This document shows, piece after piece, positions 26,907 through 37,278 of a stretch of DNA of 64,000 bases. The notes under the pieces were generated by a model. The model was not told where the DNA came from, made no database searches, and saw only the letters and a program-made list of their open reading frames with translations. A program made the translations under genes and the position numbers. The number at the start of each line of letters is the position of its first letter. Position 1 is the first letter of the stretch. The DNA is from Planctomycetota bacterium (GTDB lineage: Bacteria; Planctomycetota; UBA8108; SXIK01), in assembly GCA_965223845.1 (NCBI GenBank), contig CBDCXR010000004.1, positions 5,248,001-5,312,000 of the forward strand. The letters run 5' to 3'.

Positions 26907-27266
26907 TCAACCGCAGCGAGTGACCGCGGCCAAGAGCTCCTCGACGTCGAACGGCTTCGTCAGATACTCGTCGGCGCCTTGCCGCTCGCCCCAGTACTTA
27001 TCGCTATCTTGCGACTTCGACGTCAGGAGAATCACCGGGACCTCTCCGACTGATTCACTCTTCTTGATCGCCCGGCAGACGTCGAATCCGCTCTTGCCCG
27101 GCATGACGACGTCCAGGATCGCCAAATCCGGAGTGTGTTCTTCGACTGCCGCCAATGCAGAAACTCCGTCCGCGGTTGCGACAACCGTGTGCCCAGCGTC
27201 CGTCAGTACTTTCTGAATCAACTGCCTTTCCGACGACACGTCGTCAGCGATCACAATCTTCGCCAT
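26907..27266 (-). CDS. Single-domain response regulator, PilH/CheY-like
   Basis: IVIADD, LAILDVVMPGKSGFDVCR, LTSKSQDSDKYWGERQGADEYLTKPF; AAGGAG RBS. Confidence 0.92.
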   Translation of the reverse strand: MAKIVIADDVSSERQLIQKVLTDAGHTVVATADGVSALAAVEEHTPDLAILDVVMPGKSGFDVCRAIKKSESVGEVPVILLTSKSQDSDKYWGERQGADEYLTKPFDVEELLAAVTRCG

Positions 27267-27451
27267 TCTCTGTCTCCTTCCTTCCGGTTCTTCAGGTCTC
27301 CGGCCGAGCGGCGCACTCCCCGAGCGAGCCCCGGCGACTCTCGATCGATCTGCGAGCAAGACGCGCCACCACGGATTCATCTTCCGTGGGCGTTTCCAAA
27401 TCGATTCGCCCTTAGTTCATTTCTCCTTTTTTCATTGCGGCGCTGGTTCGC

Positions 27452-27859
27452 TTACCTCATTTGCAACACGGGAACTTCCGCTCCATCGAGCTCTACGAAC
27501 TCTCTCCCGTCGGCGCACACGCCCTTTGATGACTCTTCGATCTCCACCAGCCCGACGACGCGGCTGACCTCGACCGCGCAATAAGCATTTTGCGAGCTCA
27601 ACCGAAGTACCACCCATCGCCCCTGATCCTCACCGGCTCTCTCCGGTCTCTTGACATCGAAAACGAACGCACACGAATCGAGGACGACAAGCGGTGAATT
27701 TCGATAGACGCCCAAGCCGCTCACGTAGTTCGCGGTGGCCGGGAACTTTCGACACTCGGAGGCCGGAACGTACTCGACTACGTCGTCGACCGGCATGACG
27801 AAGCGGTTTTCGTCGATTTCCGCCAACACCATCCGCAGGTTTTCGATCATGACTTGCAA
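27452..27859 (-). CDS. cheW: Divergent, short CheW-like protein
   Basis: FVMPVDDVVEYV, YVSGLGVYRNSPLVVLD, AVEVSRVVGL. Confidence 0.7.
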   Translation of the reverse strand: MQVMIENLRMVLAEIDENRFVMPVDDVVEYVPASECRKFPATANYVSGLGVYRNSPLVVLDSCAFVFDVKRPERAGEDQGRWVVLRLSSQNAYCAVEVSRVVGLVEIEESSKGVCADGREFVELDGAEVPVLQMR

Positions 27860-28401
27860 TCCAACTCCGAGAGAACGTCTGCGACAAATCGTCGAAGGTT
27901 CGCTGGCATCAAAACTTCCATGTCGAGAAGCAAGGTGACGGCCGCATCACGCACACAAGCGCCGCGATACGTCCTTTCGACAGCCGCCTCGACGACGCCC
28001 GTCGGCCATCGAATCTTCTCTCCGACCAGCTCGGTGAGCTCCACGATCTCTCGAACCAACATCGCGGCGACCGTCTCCCCCACACGGATCACTACGGCAC
28101 CACCGAACTCCTCGAGAGAGGTCTCGGACTTCGGCACTTCACCGTCTGCGGCAAACCGCAAGTGTCCGTACAGGTCGAACCCGAGCAGCGTCTCGTTCTC
28201 CCACTCGTGGAATCCCACGAGCGACCCGATCTCGGAGTCGACTCGACCCCATGCGTCTGGATCGACCGTGAGAATGTGCTCGACGCAGTCCGCCCGAATC
28301 CCGTAAAGCCCATCGGTCAACTCGACGATGACCCAACGCTCGGTCGCTCTCGTACGACCTCGCTCGACTCGCTCGGAGTTGTTCTGAATTACGATAGCCA
28401 A
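27847..28401 (-). CDS. cheW: Divergent CheW-like protein (ChpC-like)
   Basis: LYGIRADCVEHIL, AAMLVREIVEL, LLLDMEVL. Confidence 0.72.
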   Translation of the reverse strand: MAIVIQNNSERVERGRTRATERWVIVELTDGLYGIRADCVEHILTVDPDAWGRVDSEIGSLVGFHEWENETLLGFDLYGHLRFAADGEVPKSETSLEEFGGAVVIRVGETVAAMLVREIVELTELVGEKIRWPTGVVEAAVERTYRGACVRDAAVTLLLDMEVLMPANLRRFVADVLSELDCKS

Positions 28402-28415
28402 GGCCGATCCCCGGA

Positions 28416-29495
28416 TTAGCTCGCCTTCCCTACAGCACGGAGAAGTTCGACCGAAAGATCATTCGGACTCACCACTCCGTTCACCAGACCCGTTTCCATC
28501 GCCGCCCTCGGCATTCCGTAGACCGCGCAGGATTCCTCGTTCTGCACAAGCACTTCGCCCCCCGAAGCCGCTACGGCTTCCACCCCGATCGATCCGTCAC
28601 TACCCATTCCGCTGAGAACCACCGCGCAGACTCCGCATCCGAAACCAGCCGCTGCGCTTTCGAACAGCGCGTCGACTGAGGGACGCGGCCGGGACCTACA
28701 AGTCGCTTTCTCCAAACGAACGCGCAGATCCTCCGTCACGCGCAAGTGGCTGTCTCCCGGCGCGACGTACGCCCAGCCGGCACGAACGCGTTCCCCGGAT
28801 TCACCCTCCTTCACGCACAACTGACAATCACGGTTCAATTGTTCCGCGAACGAATTCGTGAATCGCGGGGGCATGTGTTGCGCGATCACGATCGGAGCGG
28901 GAAAGTCTTCCGGAAGATCGCGAAGCGCCTTTGCCAAGACCTGGGGCGCTCCCGTCGAGCCTCCGATGCAGACCAACTTCTTGAGGTCGCTCCTCGACGG
29001 TTGGACTCCGCCCACCCGACGAGGCGGTTCCGTCTCGAGCTTTGCTCGAGTTCTCCCACTCCGCGCCTCTTCACTCCGTTCGAGATTTCGAATGACCTTC
29101 ACTCGCGCGGCGACGAGTATTTTCTCGAGCAACTCATCTTTGAGGTGCTCAATATCTAGACTCACCGATCCGCTGGGCTTCTCGATGACGTCCACCGCGC
29201 CGAGATCCAGCGCGCGAAATGTGTCTACACCCAATGTTCGAGTGTAAGAGCTAAATACGATGATGGGCTTCGGATGCTTTTTCATGATCTCAGCGATGGC
29301 ATCGACTCCGCCCATTTTCGGCATGAACAGATCCATCGTGATGACGTCGGGATCTAGTGTCGTGGCCTTCTCGATCGCTTCGACACCGTTGCGAGCGCAT
29401 CCTACGACTTCAATTGCCGGATCGCTTTCAACGAGCTCCCGGATTCGATTCTGCATATACATTGAATCGTCTACGATCAAAACCGATATGCTCAC
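28416..29495 (-). CDS. cheB: REC-fused methylesterase CheB
   Basis: REC VITMDLFMP; catalytic GGSTG, AQHMP, LSGMGSDG; RPSVDALF. Confidence 0.95.
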   Translation of the reverse strand: MSISVLIVDDSMYMQNRIRELVESDPAIEVVGCARNGVEAIEKATTLDPDVITMDLFMPKMGGVDAIAEIMKKHPKPIIVFSSYTRTLGVDTFRALDLGAVDVIEKPSGSVSLDIEHLKDELLEKILVAARVKVIRNLERSEEARSGRTRAKLETEPPRRVGGVQPSRSDLKKLVCIGGSTGAPQVLAKALRDLPEDFPAPIVIAQHMPPRFTNSFAEQLNRDCQLCVKEGESGERVRAGWAYVAPGDSHLRVTEDLRVRLEKATCRSRPRPSVDALFESAAAGFGCGVCAVVLSGMGSDGSIGVEAVAASGGEVLVQNEESCAVYGMPRAAMETGLVNGVVSPNDLSVELLRAVGKAS

Positions 29496-29519
29496 GACTG
29501 TAGTTCGCCGCTTGCTGTC

Positions 29520-32500
29520 CTAAGAGAGCACACGATCCTCGGTCAGTTTCTCCACTTGGCCGAGCAGCTCGGTCTGCGTAAACGGCTTGCCGAGATACGC
29601 ATTGGCTCCAAGCTCGAAGGCTCTTCGAACGTGCTTCTGGCCGCTCCGAGAGGAAACGACGATGATCGGTAGATCACTGATCTCTTGCGTTCGACGAATC
29701 TCCGCGATCAGTTCGTAACCGTGCATTTGCGGCATCTCGAGATCGGTGACAAGCGCGAGGTACCGATTGGCGCGAAGAAACTCGAGAGCATTCAAGCCGT
29801 CGACAGCGAGATCTACTTCGTAACCGGCGTCTCCAAGGAGACGGCTAGCGACCTTCCGGACGGAGATGGAATCGTCCGCCACGAGGATGCGTCGCCTTGT
29901 CTCCGCGGCCCCCGGAGATGTCGTACTCTCCGGCGTCCCGTCGATCTCGAGGTCACGAATCGCGGCTTGATCTCCAACGAGCTGCACGTCGGATCCGATC
30001 ACCGAGGGTACGTCGACGATAAACGACACTCGCCCGTCACCACCGATCGTCGCACCAGATAGGTGGCGGAGATTCTTCATGAATTCCCCGTTCGTCTTGA
30101 CGACGATCTCTTGACGAGCGATGACTCGGTCGACCAACACTGCGACTCTTCGATCGTCCAGCGTGACGATGACGGCCGTCCTGCCCTCCGCGTTGACCGC
30201 TTCACTCGGTGAGCAGTGCAAGCCGAACAGTCCGTCGAGTCGCAGAAGGGGAACTACCGCCCCTCGAATCCTCAGGATTTCGTTCCCCGAAACGAGCTCT
30301 ATTCTCCGCGGATCGACGACCATCGCCTCTTCCACGTAATTGAGCGGAAGGGCAAAGGTCTCCCCACCGGACTGCACGAGCAGGGCCTCGTTCACCGCGA
30401 GAGTCAGCGGTACTCGGATCAGGAACCGAGAGCCCCGTCCCTCTACGGTCTGTACGGATATCGTCCCGTTGATATCGCGAATCGCCGCCGCTACCGCATC
30501 CAGCCCCACGCCCCGACCGGAAACGTCGTTGACCGTACTTCGCGTGGAGAACCCCGGGCGAAACATGAGCTCGAGTAGCTCCTCCTTCGTTGGCTGCCCG
30601 GATCCGGGTAGGTATCCCAACTCGACTCCTCGAGCGCGCACGGCGGCCAAATCCACTCCACCTCCGTCGTCGACGACCTCCAGTCCGAAAGCACCGCCCT
30701 CCTGAAAAGCACGCAGGAGAAGAGATCCCGATCGCGGCTTCTTCAGACCCACTCGACTCTTCGGATCTTCGATCCCATGGCTGACGGCATTTCGGACCAG
30801 ATGAAGCAACGGTTCGAACAATCGATCCACGATGGCCTTGTCCAGCTCTGCGTCTCCGCCCGAAAGCGTCAGCTCGACTTCTTTTCCCTCACGTCGCGCT
30901 GCGTCTCGAATCGGTCGACGGAGGCGCTCGAGGACGGCGCTCGCTGGGATCATCCGCAGTTGTGTGACTTCGCGCTGAATCGTCGAGCTCACCTTGGCGA
31001 ACGCGGTCGACTCCTCGCCCACCTCGAGGAAGAAATGATCGAGCTGCGTCATGATCTCGGACACATCCGTCGTAATCTCGAGTAGCCCACGACAGAGGAT
31101 GTTGAAGTCGTCGTAGCGGTCGAACTCGAGCTCCGAAAACTGCTGATCGCCGTCAAACTGCTGAGCTCTAGCGTTGATCGAGCCGCTGATCTTGGTCCCG
31201 AATTCGTATTTGATCTGAAACTGATTCACCAGATCGATCAGGTGGTCTTTCCTCGTCGTCAGCTCGTCTCGAATCGCGGTGAGATCCTTGATCCGATTCG
31301 CGAGTCGAGTCCGAGTCGTGATCAACTCGGCGACCAAGTTCATCAGCGTGTCCACTCGATCGGCCTCGACTCGGATCACTCGCCGCTCCCGACTCGTTCG
31401 CTCCGTCGGCTTCGATGGACCCGTTCGCTCGGTCACCGGCTTCGGTGCTCGGTCCCCCGGTTCACTTCGGGAATCGAGATCGGACCGAGCTCCAGGCAGA
31501 TTGCCCGCTTCTTCCTCCTCGTCTGCCTCGCACTCTTCCCAGGTCTCCGACTCACCCAGCTGGCTCCGCACGGCGATCGGCGACCCGGAGACTCGTTTCA
31601 GCTCGCGCGCGATCGACTTCTCGAACTCCTCGATGGATCCGCTGGAATCCGGATCGACTCCGGTCGCCCGAGCAAGCTCTTCTTGAATGTGATCTACCCC
31701 CGACAGCATGAGATCCACGAACTCCGACGAGACGGAGCTCGTCGACCCTTCCGCTAGAGACTCCAGCAAGTCTTCGAGCGAACCTGCGACGCGTCCGATG
31801 GTCTCGAGACCCACCATGGTCGAGGCGCCCTTGATGGTGTGAATGGCACGAAACATCACCGCGACCTGATCTAAGTCGCTGGGATCTTTCTCCAAACGAA
31901 GCGCCGCCTGAACGAACTCGTCAAGGTTCTCGGCCACGTCGGCGAGAAAGAACTGCAGATCGTCCTCGCCGCTCGAGTTGCTCCGCATGGGCGTGGCCGC
32001 ATCGAGCTCGGCTGAATCCGTCGCTTCGGGCCGGCTTTCCCCTTCAGTCGCTGAAGCAAGACTTTCGTTGATTCTCTCGAGAGCGGAACGAACCACCTCT
32101 CTGATCTCGGGACTGTCCACCTCGTCTCGTTCGCACGTCGCAGAGATGAACTCGTAGGTCTCGGCTGCTAAGTCGCTCGTCACTTCGAGTCCGACGAGTC
32201 CCGCGGAGCCCTTAATGGTGTGGAACAATCTTCGGATGCGATCCATGTGTTCGCGGGATATGGGCTCCGCGTCGAGAACGATGGTTTCGATCTCGTCCAA
32301 GTACGGCTCGCACTCTTCTAGGAAAACGTCGATCAAGTCGGAGTCGACGGACCCGGCTCCCGCATCGTTGCCGCCTTGCACGTCCGATCGTTTGGCGTCC
32401 TTCACAGCTCTCAGGCACTCTTCGATCTGGGCGATCGCGCGCCAAATTCCGTCCAGCTCTGCGGACGATACGCTCCCCCCTTCGTCGATCAGGTCTTCGA

Positions 32501-33161
32501 GGACCTGTTGCTGGCGATCCGCAACCATTTGAATCCGGTCGACGTTCGCGAGCCCCGCGGCACTCTTCAATGTGTGAAAGGCGCGCGATACTCCGAGAAG
32601 GGCCTCGCTATCCTCGCGGTTCCCTTGGAGCGCTTCCGCATTTCGTTCGAGCGCGTCGAACAGCTCGTCGGCTTCGTCGATGAAACAAGCGATCAGTTCG
32701 GGATCGACATCGTCCAAGGCCCCGAGGTCGAGATCACCGACGTCCCGTCGGCTCACGTCCAGATAGTCTCCGTATTCGCTTCTGACCTTCTCACGGTACT
32801 CGCGGAGAATCTTCGCTTTGTCCGCTCCGGGCGACTCGATCGCGTCGGACAGCGTTCTAAGAATTGGAAACGAGTCTGAAACAAGTCTGCAGATGGAATC
32901 GAATCGTTCTTCGTCCACGCCCAGGAACGACTTGGCCACCTCGAGCAGATCTTCCGAACACCCGGCAATTTCGAAGATCTCCAGCTGCTTGAACAGGCCC
33001 GCAGCTCCTCTTAGTGCGTGCACAGCCCGAATCGCCGCGTCGAGGTTGTCGTCACTCCGGTCGCCCGCGAGCATCGAAGCAACTGCCGACTCCGCGCTGT
33101 CCGCGAAGATCTGTACGTCCTTCACGAAGTACGAAACCATCTCTTCGTGGTACTTGCGCAT
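29520..33161 (-). CDS. cheA: Hybrid CheA (ChpA/PilL-like): 4 Hpt + dimerisation + HATPase + CheW + REC
   Basis: HALRG, HTLKS, HTIKG, HTIKG; FSELEFDRYDDF; HLVRNAVSHGIE; SGRGVGLD; REC LVTDLEMP. Start 33161 or 33194. Confidence 0.95.
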   Translation of the reverse strand: MRKYHEEMVSYFVKDVQIFADSAESAVASMLAGDRSDDNLDAAIRAVHALRGAAGLFKQLEIFEIAGCSEDLLEVAKSFLGVDEERFDSICRLVSDSFPILRTLSDAIESPGADKAKILREYREKVRSEYGDYLDVSRRDVGDLDLGALDDVDPELIACFIDEADELFDALERNAEALQGNREDSEALLGVSRAFHTLKSAAGLANVDRIQMVADRQQQVLEDLIDEGGSVSSAELDGIWRAIAQIEECLRAVKDAKRSDVQGGNDAGAGSVDSDLIDVFLEECEPYLDEIETIVLDAEPISREHMDRIRRLFHTIKGSAGLVGLEVTSDLAAETYEFISATCERDEVDSPEIREVVRSALERINESLASATEGESRPEATDSAELDAATPMRSNSSGEDDLQFFLADVAENLDEFVQAALRLEKDPSDLDQVAVMFRAIHTIKGASTMVGLETIGRVAGSLEDLLESLAEGSTSSVSSEFVDLMLSGVDHIQEELARATGVDPDSSGSIEEFEKSIARELKRVSGSPIAVRSQLGESETWEECEADEEEEAGNLPGARSDLDSRSEPGDRAPKPVTERTGPSKPTERTSRERRVIRVEADRVDTLMNLVAELITTRTRLANRIKDLTAIRDELTTRKDHLIDLVNQFQIKYEFGTKISGSINARAQQFDGDQQFSELEFDRYDDFNILCRGLLEITTDVSEIMTQLDHFFLEVGEESTAFAKVSSTIQREVTQLRMIPASAVLERLRRPIRDAARREGKEVELTLSGGDAELDKAIVDRLFEPLLHLVRNAVSHGIEDPKSRVGLKKPRSGSLLLRAFQEGGAFGLEVVDDGGGVDLAAVRARGVELGYLPGSGQPTKEELLELMFRPGFSTRSTVNDVSGRGVGLDAVAAAIRDINGTISVQTVEGRGSRFLIRVPLTLAVNEALLVQSGGETFALPLNYVEEAMVVDPRRIELVSGNEILRIRGAVVPLLRLDGLFGLHCSPSEAVNAEGRTAVIVTLDDRRVAVLVDRVIARQEIVVKTNGEFMKNLRHLSGATIGGDGRVSFIVDVPSVIGSDVQLVGDQAAIRDLEIDGTPESTTSPGAAETRRRILVADDSISVRKVASRLLGDAGYEVDLAVDGLNALEFLRANRYLALVTDLEMPQMHGYELIAEIRRTQEISDLPIIVVSSRSGQKHVRRAFELGANAYLGKPFTQTELLGQVEKLTEDRVLS

Positions 33162-33219
33162 CCTCTTGCCTTTCACTGCGTCGATTCTCGACACTCAAAC
33201 GAGTGAGCGTCGAAGCCGT

Positions 33220-33705
33220 CTACCGATCAAGAAAGCGAACCTGCTTCTGGCAATCTTCGATCAGCCGGTCCACGTCTAAGAGCATCACCAAGGAATCCCG
33301 GAACTCGCACAACCCTGCCGCGTACACCACCGACCCCTCGCCTTGGATCTCCTCCCCGGAGACCGCAGTTAGCAACTCGCCCACGGTGAGCACTCGGTCG
33401 ACGAGTACGCCGACGAAGTCGAACTTCGTTTCGAGCACCAGAATCGTCGACTTCCCCGCGGAAGCGACCGGTTCGACGCTCAGCCAACGATCAACCGAGA
33501 TCACCGGAACGACGTTTCCAAGAAGGTTGACCGCCCCACACACAAACTCGGGAGCTGCCGGAACTTTCGTCAGAGCGTCGACGGTCCAGATGCGATTGAC
33601 CGTCGCAACCGGCACACCGAACGCGGACGACCCGCGTTGAAACACGCACACGTGCAGCGCTTCGCGCTCGATGAGAGCCGTCCCAGTCTTCTCGTCTATC
33701 TCCAT
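33220..33705 (-). CDS. cheW: CheW (PilI-like)
   Basis: FGVPV, LTKVPAAPEFVCGAVNLLGNVVPVIS, VGVLVDRV, LLDVDRL; GGAGG RBS. Confidence 0.9.
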   Translation of the reverse strand: MEIDEKTGTALIEREALHVCVFQRGSSAFGVPVATVNRIWTVDALTKVPAAPEFVCGAVNLLGNVVPVISVDRWLSVEPVASAGKSTILVLETKFDFVGVLVDRVLTVGELLTAVSGEEIQGEGSVVYAAGLCEFRDSLVMLLDVDRLIEDCQKQVRFLDR

Positions 33706-33721
33706 GCCGCTTCGCCTCCGC

Positions 33722-34081
33722 TCACGCGCTGAACTTTTCGACGAGATCGATCAACTCTTGTGGCTCGTACGGCTTGACCAAGTACGCGCTCGCGCCTTGC
33801 TTCAGGCCCCATTGCCGATCGGTTTCTTCGCCCTTGGAGGTGACCAGAATGACCGGAATGTCCTTGGTGGTCTCGTTTCGCTTGAGCGCCCTACAGACTT
33901 GAAACCCGTTCTTCTTCGGCATGACGACGTCGAGCAAAACCAAATCCGGGTTGGTGGTGGCGGCGGCCTCTTCACCCTGAACGCCGTCGCTGACGTGAGT
34001 GCAGGAATGTCCATTGCTCACGAGAACCGACTGCATGATTTGAGCTTCTGCTTGACTGTCATCGACGATGAGTACGCGCAT
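33722..34081 (-). CDS. Single-domain response regulator, PilH-like
   Basis: VLIVDDS, VLLDVVMPKKNGFQVCR, VTSKGEETDRQWGLKQGASAYLVKP; GGAGAAG RBS. Confidence 0.92.
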   Translation of the reverse strand: MRVLIVDDSQAEAQIMQSVLVSNGHSCTHVSDGVQGEEAAATTNPDLVLLDVVMPKKNGFQVCRALKRNETTKDIPVILVTSKGEETDRQWGLKQGASAYLVKPYEPQELIDLVEKFSA

Positions 34082-34212
34082 GATTCTTCTCCACTGAATC
34101 TCTTCTATCGCTCTCGCAATCCGAACGGGGCGGCTGACGGTCGCGATCACAACTGAGTTCCGACTTCCAGCTCGTCTCCGGCCACGATCACACAACTGTG
34201 ACGCGGCGAAGA

Positions 34213-36825
34213 TCAAGCGGAGCCAGCGACCTGGAACTGACCGATCGCCTTTGTGAGGTCGGCGGACAGCGCGGCGAGCTCTTCCGTCGAGTGCCGCGTT
34301 TGCATCGCTCCGGACTGCGCCTGTTTCGCAATGTCGGCCACCACCTCCATTGCCTTCACCACGCCGTTGGCACCGCGCACTTGCTGCTTCGCGGAAAGAC
34401 TGATCTCCTTGATCAGCTCCGACGACTGCCGAGTCGCAACCTGAATGTCGTCGAGTGATTGTCCCGCTCGAAGGACGACGCGGCCTTCGTCCTCTACCTG
34501 GGAGGTCTGTTCCTCCATAGAGGTAACCGCCTCGTTGGTCTCCGCCTGAATTCCCGCGATCAGCTTTTCGATCTCGTGCGTGGCGCCCCCTGTGCGCTCC
34601 GCGAGCTTACGCACTTCCTCGGCGACGACCGAGAATCCCCGGCCGTGCTCACCGGCACGAGCGGCTTCGATCGCTGCGTTGAGCGCCAACATGTCGGTCT
34701 GCGCGGAGATCTCCTCAATCGTGTTGACGATCGTCGAGATCTCCATCGAACGATCCCCTAGGCGCTTGATCTTCTTCGCACCGGCGAGAACGTTCTCACG
34801 AATTCGATCCATTCCGGCGATGACCTTGCTCACCGCGTCATTTCCGTCTTCGGAGGCGGAACGCGTCTTATCGCCCGCCGTCGCCGCGACTTCTGCGTTC
34901 TCCGCCACGGATTCGATGTTCGAGGACATTTCCTGTACGGCAGCAGTCGTGTTGATGACCTCTTCACTCTGCCTATCCGCGCCGTTGGCCAGCTGCTCCG
35001 AAGCGACTTGGATCTCCGTCGAAGCGGAAGCCACGCGATTCGCGGCGTCCCGCACGCCCTTGATCAGATCGCCCACGTTCTCGAGCATGAGGTTGATCGC
35101 GTCCGCAACGTTGCCGAGGGCTCCCTCGGTCACTGCCGCGCGCACGGTCAGATCACCGTCCGACGCGTCACTCACAACCATGAGGAGGTTTTGAATGTCT
35201 TCCTGCAGTCGTCGATTCTCTCGTACGATCTTCGTCTGAGCATCGACCCGCGACTCGACCATCGAGTTAAAGGCGACCGCTAGATCTCCGATTTCATCGT
35301 TCGTCGATACGCTCGCACGCGCATCGTCATCTCCGCCTGCGACCTGTTCCGCTACGGAAACGAGGTTGACCACGGGCTTGGAGAATTGACGCGCGCCCAG
35401 GAACGCCGCGGAGATAAACACGAGCAGCGCGATGGCTCCGACGAGAATCGACGTTGTCGCCTGACGATTCGCCGGCGCGAACGCCTCGGCCGCGTCGATC
35501 TCGGTGAGAATTCCCCAGTTCAAGCCGGGAATACTGAGAGGGCCGTAGGAACCGAGCACGTTGACGCCGCGATAGTCGGGGTAGACGTCGACCCCCGAGC
35601 GAACCGCGGGATCGGAACTGAAGATCCGTTCGACACCGCGCGTCTGAATCTCGAGAACTCCGATCGAGGTATGTGACAGTTGCTGCCCGTCCGACGAAAG
35701 CGTCTTTCGCCGTTGCGATACGTTCTCGAGTGAATCAAGAAATCGCGAGTTCGTGCGCTGCACGAAATCTTCGCCCACCAGATAGCTCTCGCCGGACTCA
35801 CCAAGACCCACCTGCTCTTGCCTACCGGACATGGTCATCACGTCGTTGATTCGATCGACGGGAAGCTGGTAGATCATCACCCCTTCCTTCTTTCCGTCTG
35901 CACCGAAGATCGGACAACCGAGAAAGGTGGCCGGAGCGTCGTACGAAATCGGGTAGGGAGCGAAGTCCGTCATCTTCACATGCCCGTCGACCGAGCCGTC
36001 GCGTTCGGATGCCCACCCGAGTGCGAACGCCTGTCCGATTCCCGTGTCCTTCTGCGGTCCGCTACGGAGATTTCCGTTGAAGTCCAGCTCCTTGAATACT
36101 GAGTAAACGACGTATCCTTCGGCGTCACAGATGAAGACGTCGTAATAGCCGAACCTCGATACGAGCTGCTTGATAATCGGGTGGTAGTTGGAATGCGCCT
36201 TGAGGAAAGTTGTCTGTCCGAGCGCCGATCTGAATCGACTGTCGAGATTCGAATTTCCTACGATGTCTGCGATGTCATTTTTTTCTTCTTTGCTGCCGAC
36301 CGGAGACGGATTCTTGACCGTGTACACATACTGGAGAATGTTGGTCTCGGGATCGGGGTGGAGAAAGCTCTCCACACTCTCCACCTCCCCGTCACGTACT
36401 CGACTCAGGTTCTGAATCAAAACGTCTTCGTAGTACTCCCTGTTCGCCGAGAGAACTTCACGCAGCAGCTTTTCGTCGACCTCTTGTCCCGCACCCTCGA
36501 TCTCTCGCACTAGTGTTCGCCGCGCCTGCGACAGCTCCGTAAGCGCACTGCGAACGGTCAGACTCTCGGCTTGATTGGCCAGATCCCGTCGCGCTTGTTC
36601 GAAATAGCTTTCGATATTCTCTTGGAGGGCGCTACGGACCGAGCTGAGCTGATCGAAAGCTTGTCTTTCCAGTGAGCTAGAGCTGATCTGGTAGCTAACG
36701 GTGGAGATCAAGACAACCGCAAAAACACCGAGCGAGGACACCGCCACGATCAGCTTGTTGCGGATATTCATTCTGAGTTTCTTCGCGCCCTGCGAACCGG
36801 AACTATCTGAAACGGCCACACTCAT
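34213..36825 (-). CDS. Methyl-accepting chemoreceptor, PilJ-like, with large Cache-type periplasmic domain
   Basis: 2 TM, HAMP domains (DGDLTVRAAVTEGALGNVADAIN), tip QTDMLALNAAIEAARAGEHGRGFSVVAEEVRKLA; AGGAG RBS. Confidence 0.95.
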   Translation of the reverse strand: MSVAVSDSSGSQGAKKLRMNIRNKLIVAVSSLGVFAVVLISTVSYQISSSSLERQAFDQLSSVRSALQENIESYFEQARRDLANQAESLTVRSALTELSQARRTLVREIEGAGQEVDEKLLREVLSANREYYEDVLIQNLSRVRDGEVESVESFLHPDPETNILQYVYTVKNPSPVGSKEEKNDIADIVGNSNLDSRFRSALGQTTFLKAHSNYHPIIKQLVSRFGYYDVFICDAEGYVVYSVFKELDFNGNLRSGPQKDTGIGQAFALGWASERDGSVDGHVKMTDFAPYPISYDAPATFLGCPIFGADGKKEGVMIYQLPVDRINDVMTMSGRQEQVGLGESGESYLVGEDFVQRTNSRFLDSLENVSQRRKTLSSDGQQLSHTSIGVLEIQTRGVERIFSSDPAVRSGVDVYPDYRGVNVLGSYGPLSIPGLNWGILTEIDAAEAFAPANRQATTSILVGAIALLVFISAAFLGARQFSKPVVNLVSVAEQVAGGDDDARASVSTNDEIGDLAVAFNSMVESRVDAQTKIVRENRRLQEDIQNLLMVVSDASDGDLTVRAAVTEGALGNVADAINLMLENVGDLIKGVRDAANRVASASTEIQVASEQLANGADRQSEEVINTTAAVQEMSSNIESVAENAEVAATAGDKTRSASEDGNDAVSKVIAGMDRIRENVLAGAKKIKRLGDRSMEISTIVNTIEEISAQTDMLALNAAIEAARAGEHGRGFSVVAEEVRKLAERTGGATHEIEKLIAGIQAETNEAVTSMEEQTSQVEDEGRVVLRAGQSLDDIQVATRQSSELIKEISLSAKQQVRGANGVVKAMEVVADIAKQAQSGAMQTRHSTEELAALSADLTKAIGQFQVAGSA

Positions 36826-36867
36826 CACACACTCCTGCACGAGCAAAAAGACGACGTTTGCGAACTA

Positions 36868-36887
36868 AGTCTCCAGTCGTGGAGACT
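36868..36887 (-). promoter_or_regulatory. 8-bp-stem hairpin/inverted repeat in the MCP leader
   Basis: AGTCTCCA-GTCG-TGGAGACT, about 43 bp upstream of the start. Confidence 0.35.
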
Positions 36888-36971
36888 CGGATCCGCGAGA
36901 ACTTCCTGTGTACTGGGGAGAACGTGTTCCCTTCAGCGGGATGTATCGGAGTCGAGATCGCGCCCAACGCA

Positions 36972-37099
36972 TTGGGGATCGCCCGGATTCGACCGAGGAG
37001 ATCGGAACTCGCGAAGGCGAAATCGCGAATCGGCGTACGGAACTGCCCGGATCCACCCGAGTCGATGGCGTTCAGCGAAGAACTACGGGAACGTCCCGC
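36972..37099. promoter_or_regulatory. Three weak 16-bp palindromic boxes upstream of the chemosensory cluster
   Basis: TTGGGGATCGCCCGGA (36972), TACGGAACTGCCCGGA (37036), TACGGGAACGTCCCGC (37084). Confidence 0.35.
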
Positions 37100-37278
37100 G
37101 CCTCGAGCCACAACCCGAGCTCGTTCTTCCCCTCGAAGAATCACGTTCGGACGTTCGCACGGTTCGCGACCGACGTATCGGCAGCGTCGCCCGAGCGCCT
37201 CTACGAGACTCTGGGATCGATTCCCGTGTGCCACCACGGGGCGAGCGAGTCGCGTGAGCGCTAACGCGAAGACCTGCG

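Noticed and set aside
27412-27435. Mini-ORF MKKGEMN after the short cheW, and possible truncation of that cheW
   Set aside because: Cannot be distinguished from chance; read-through gives no CheW-like tail
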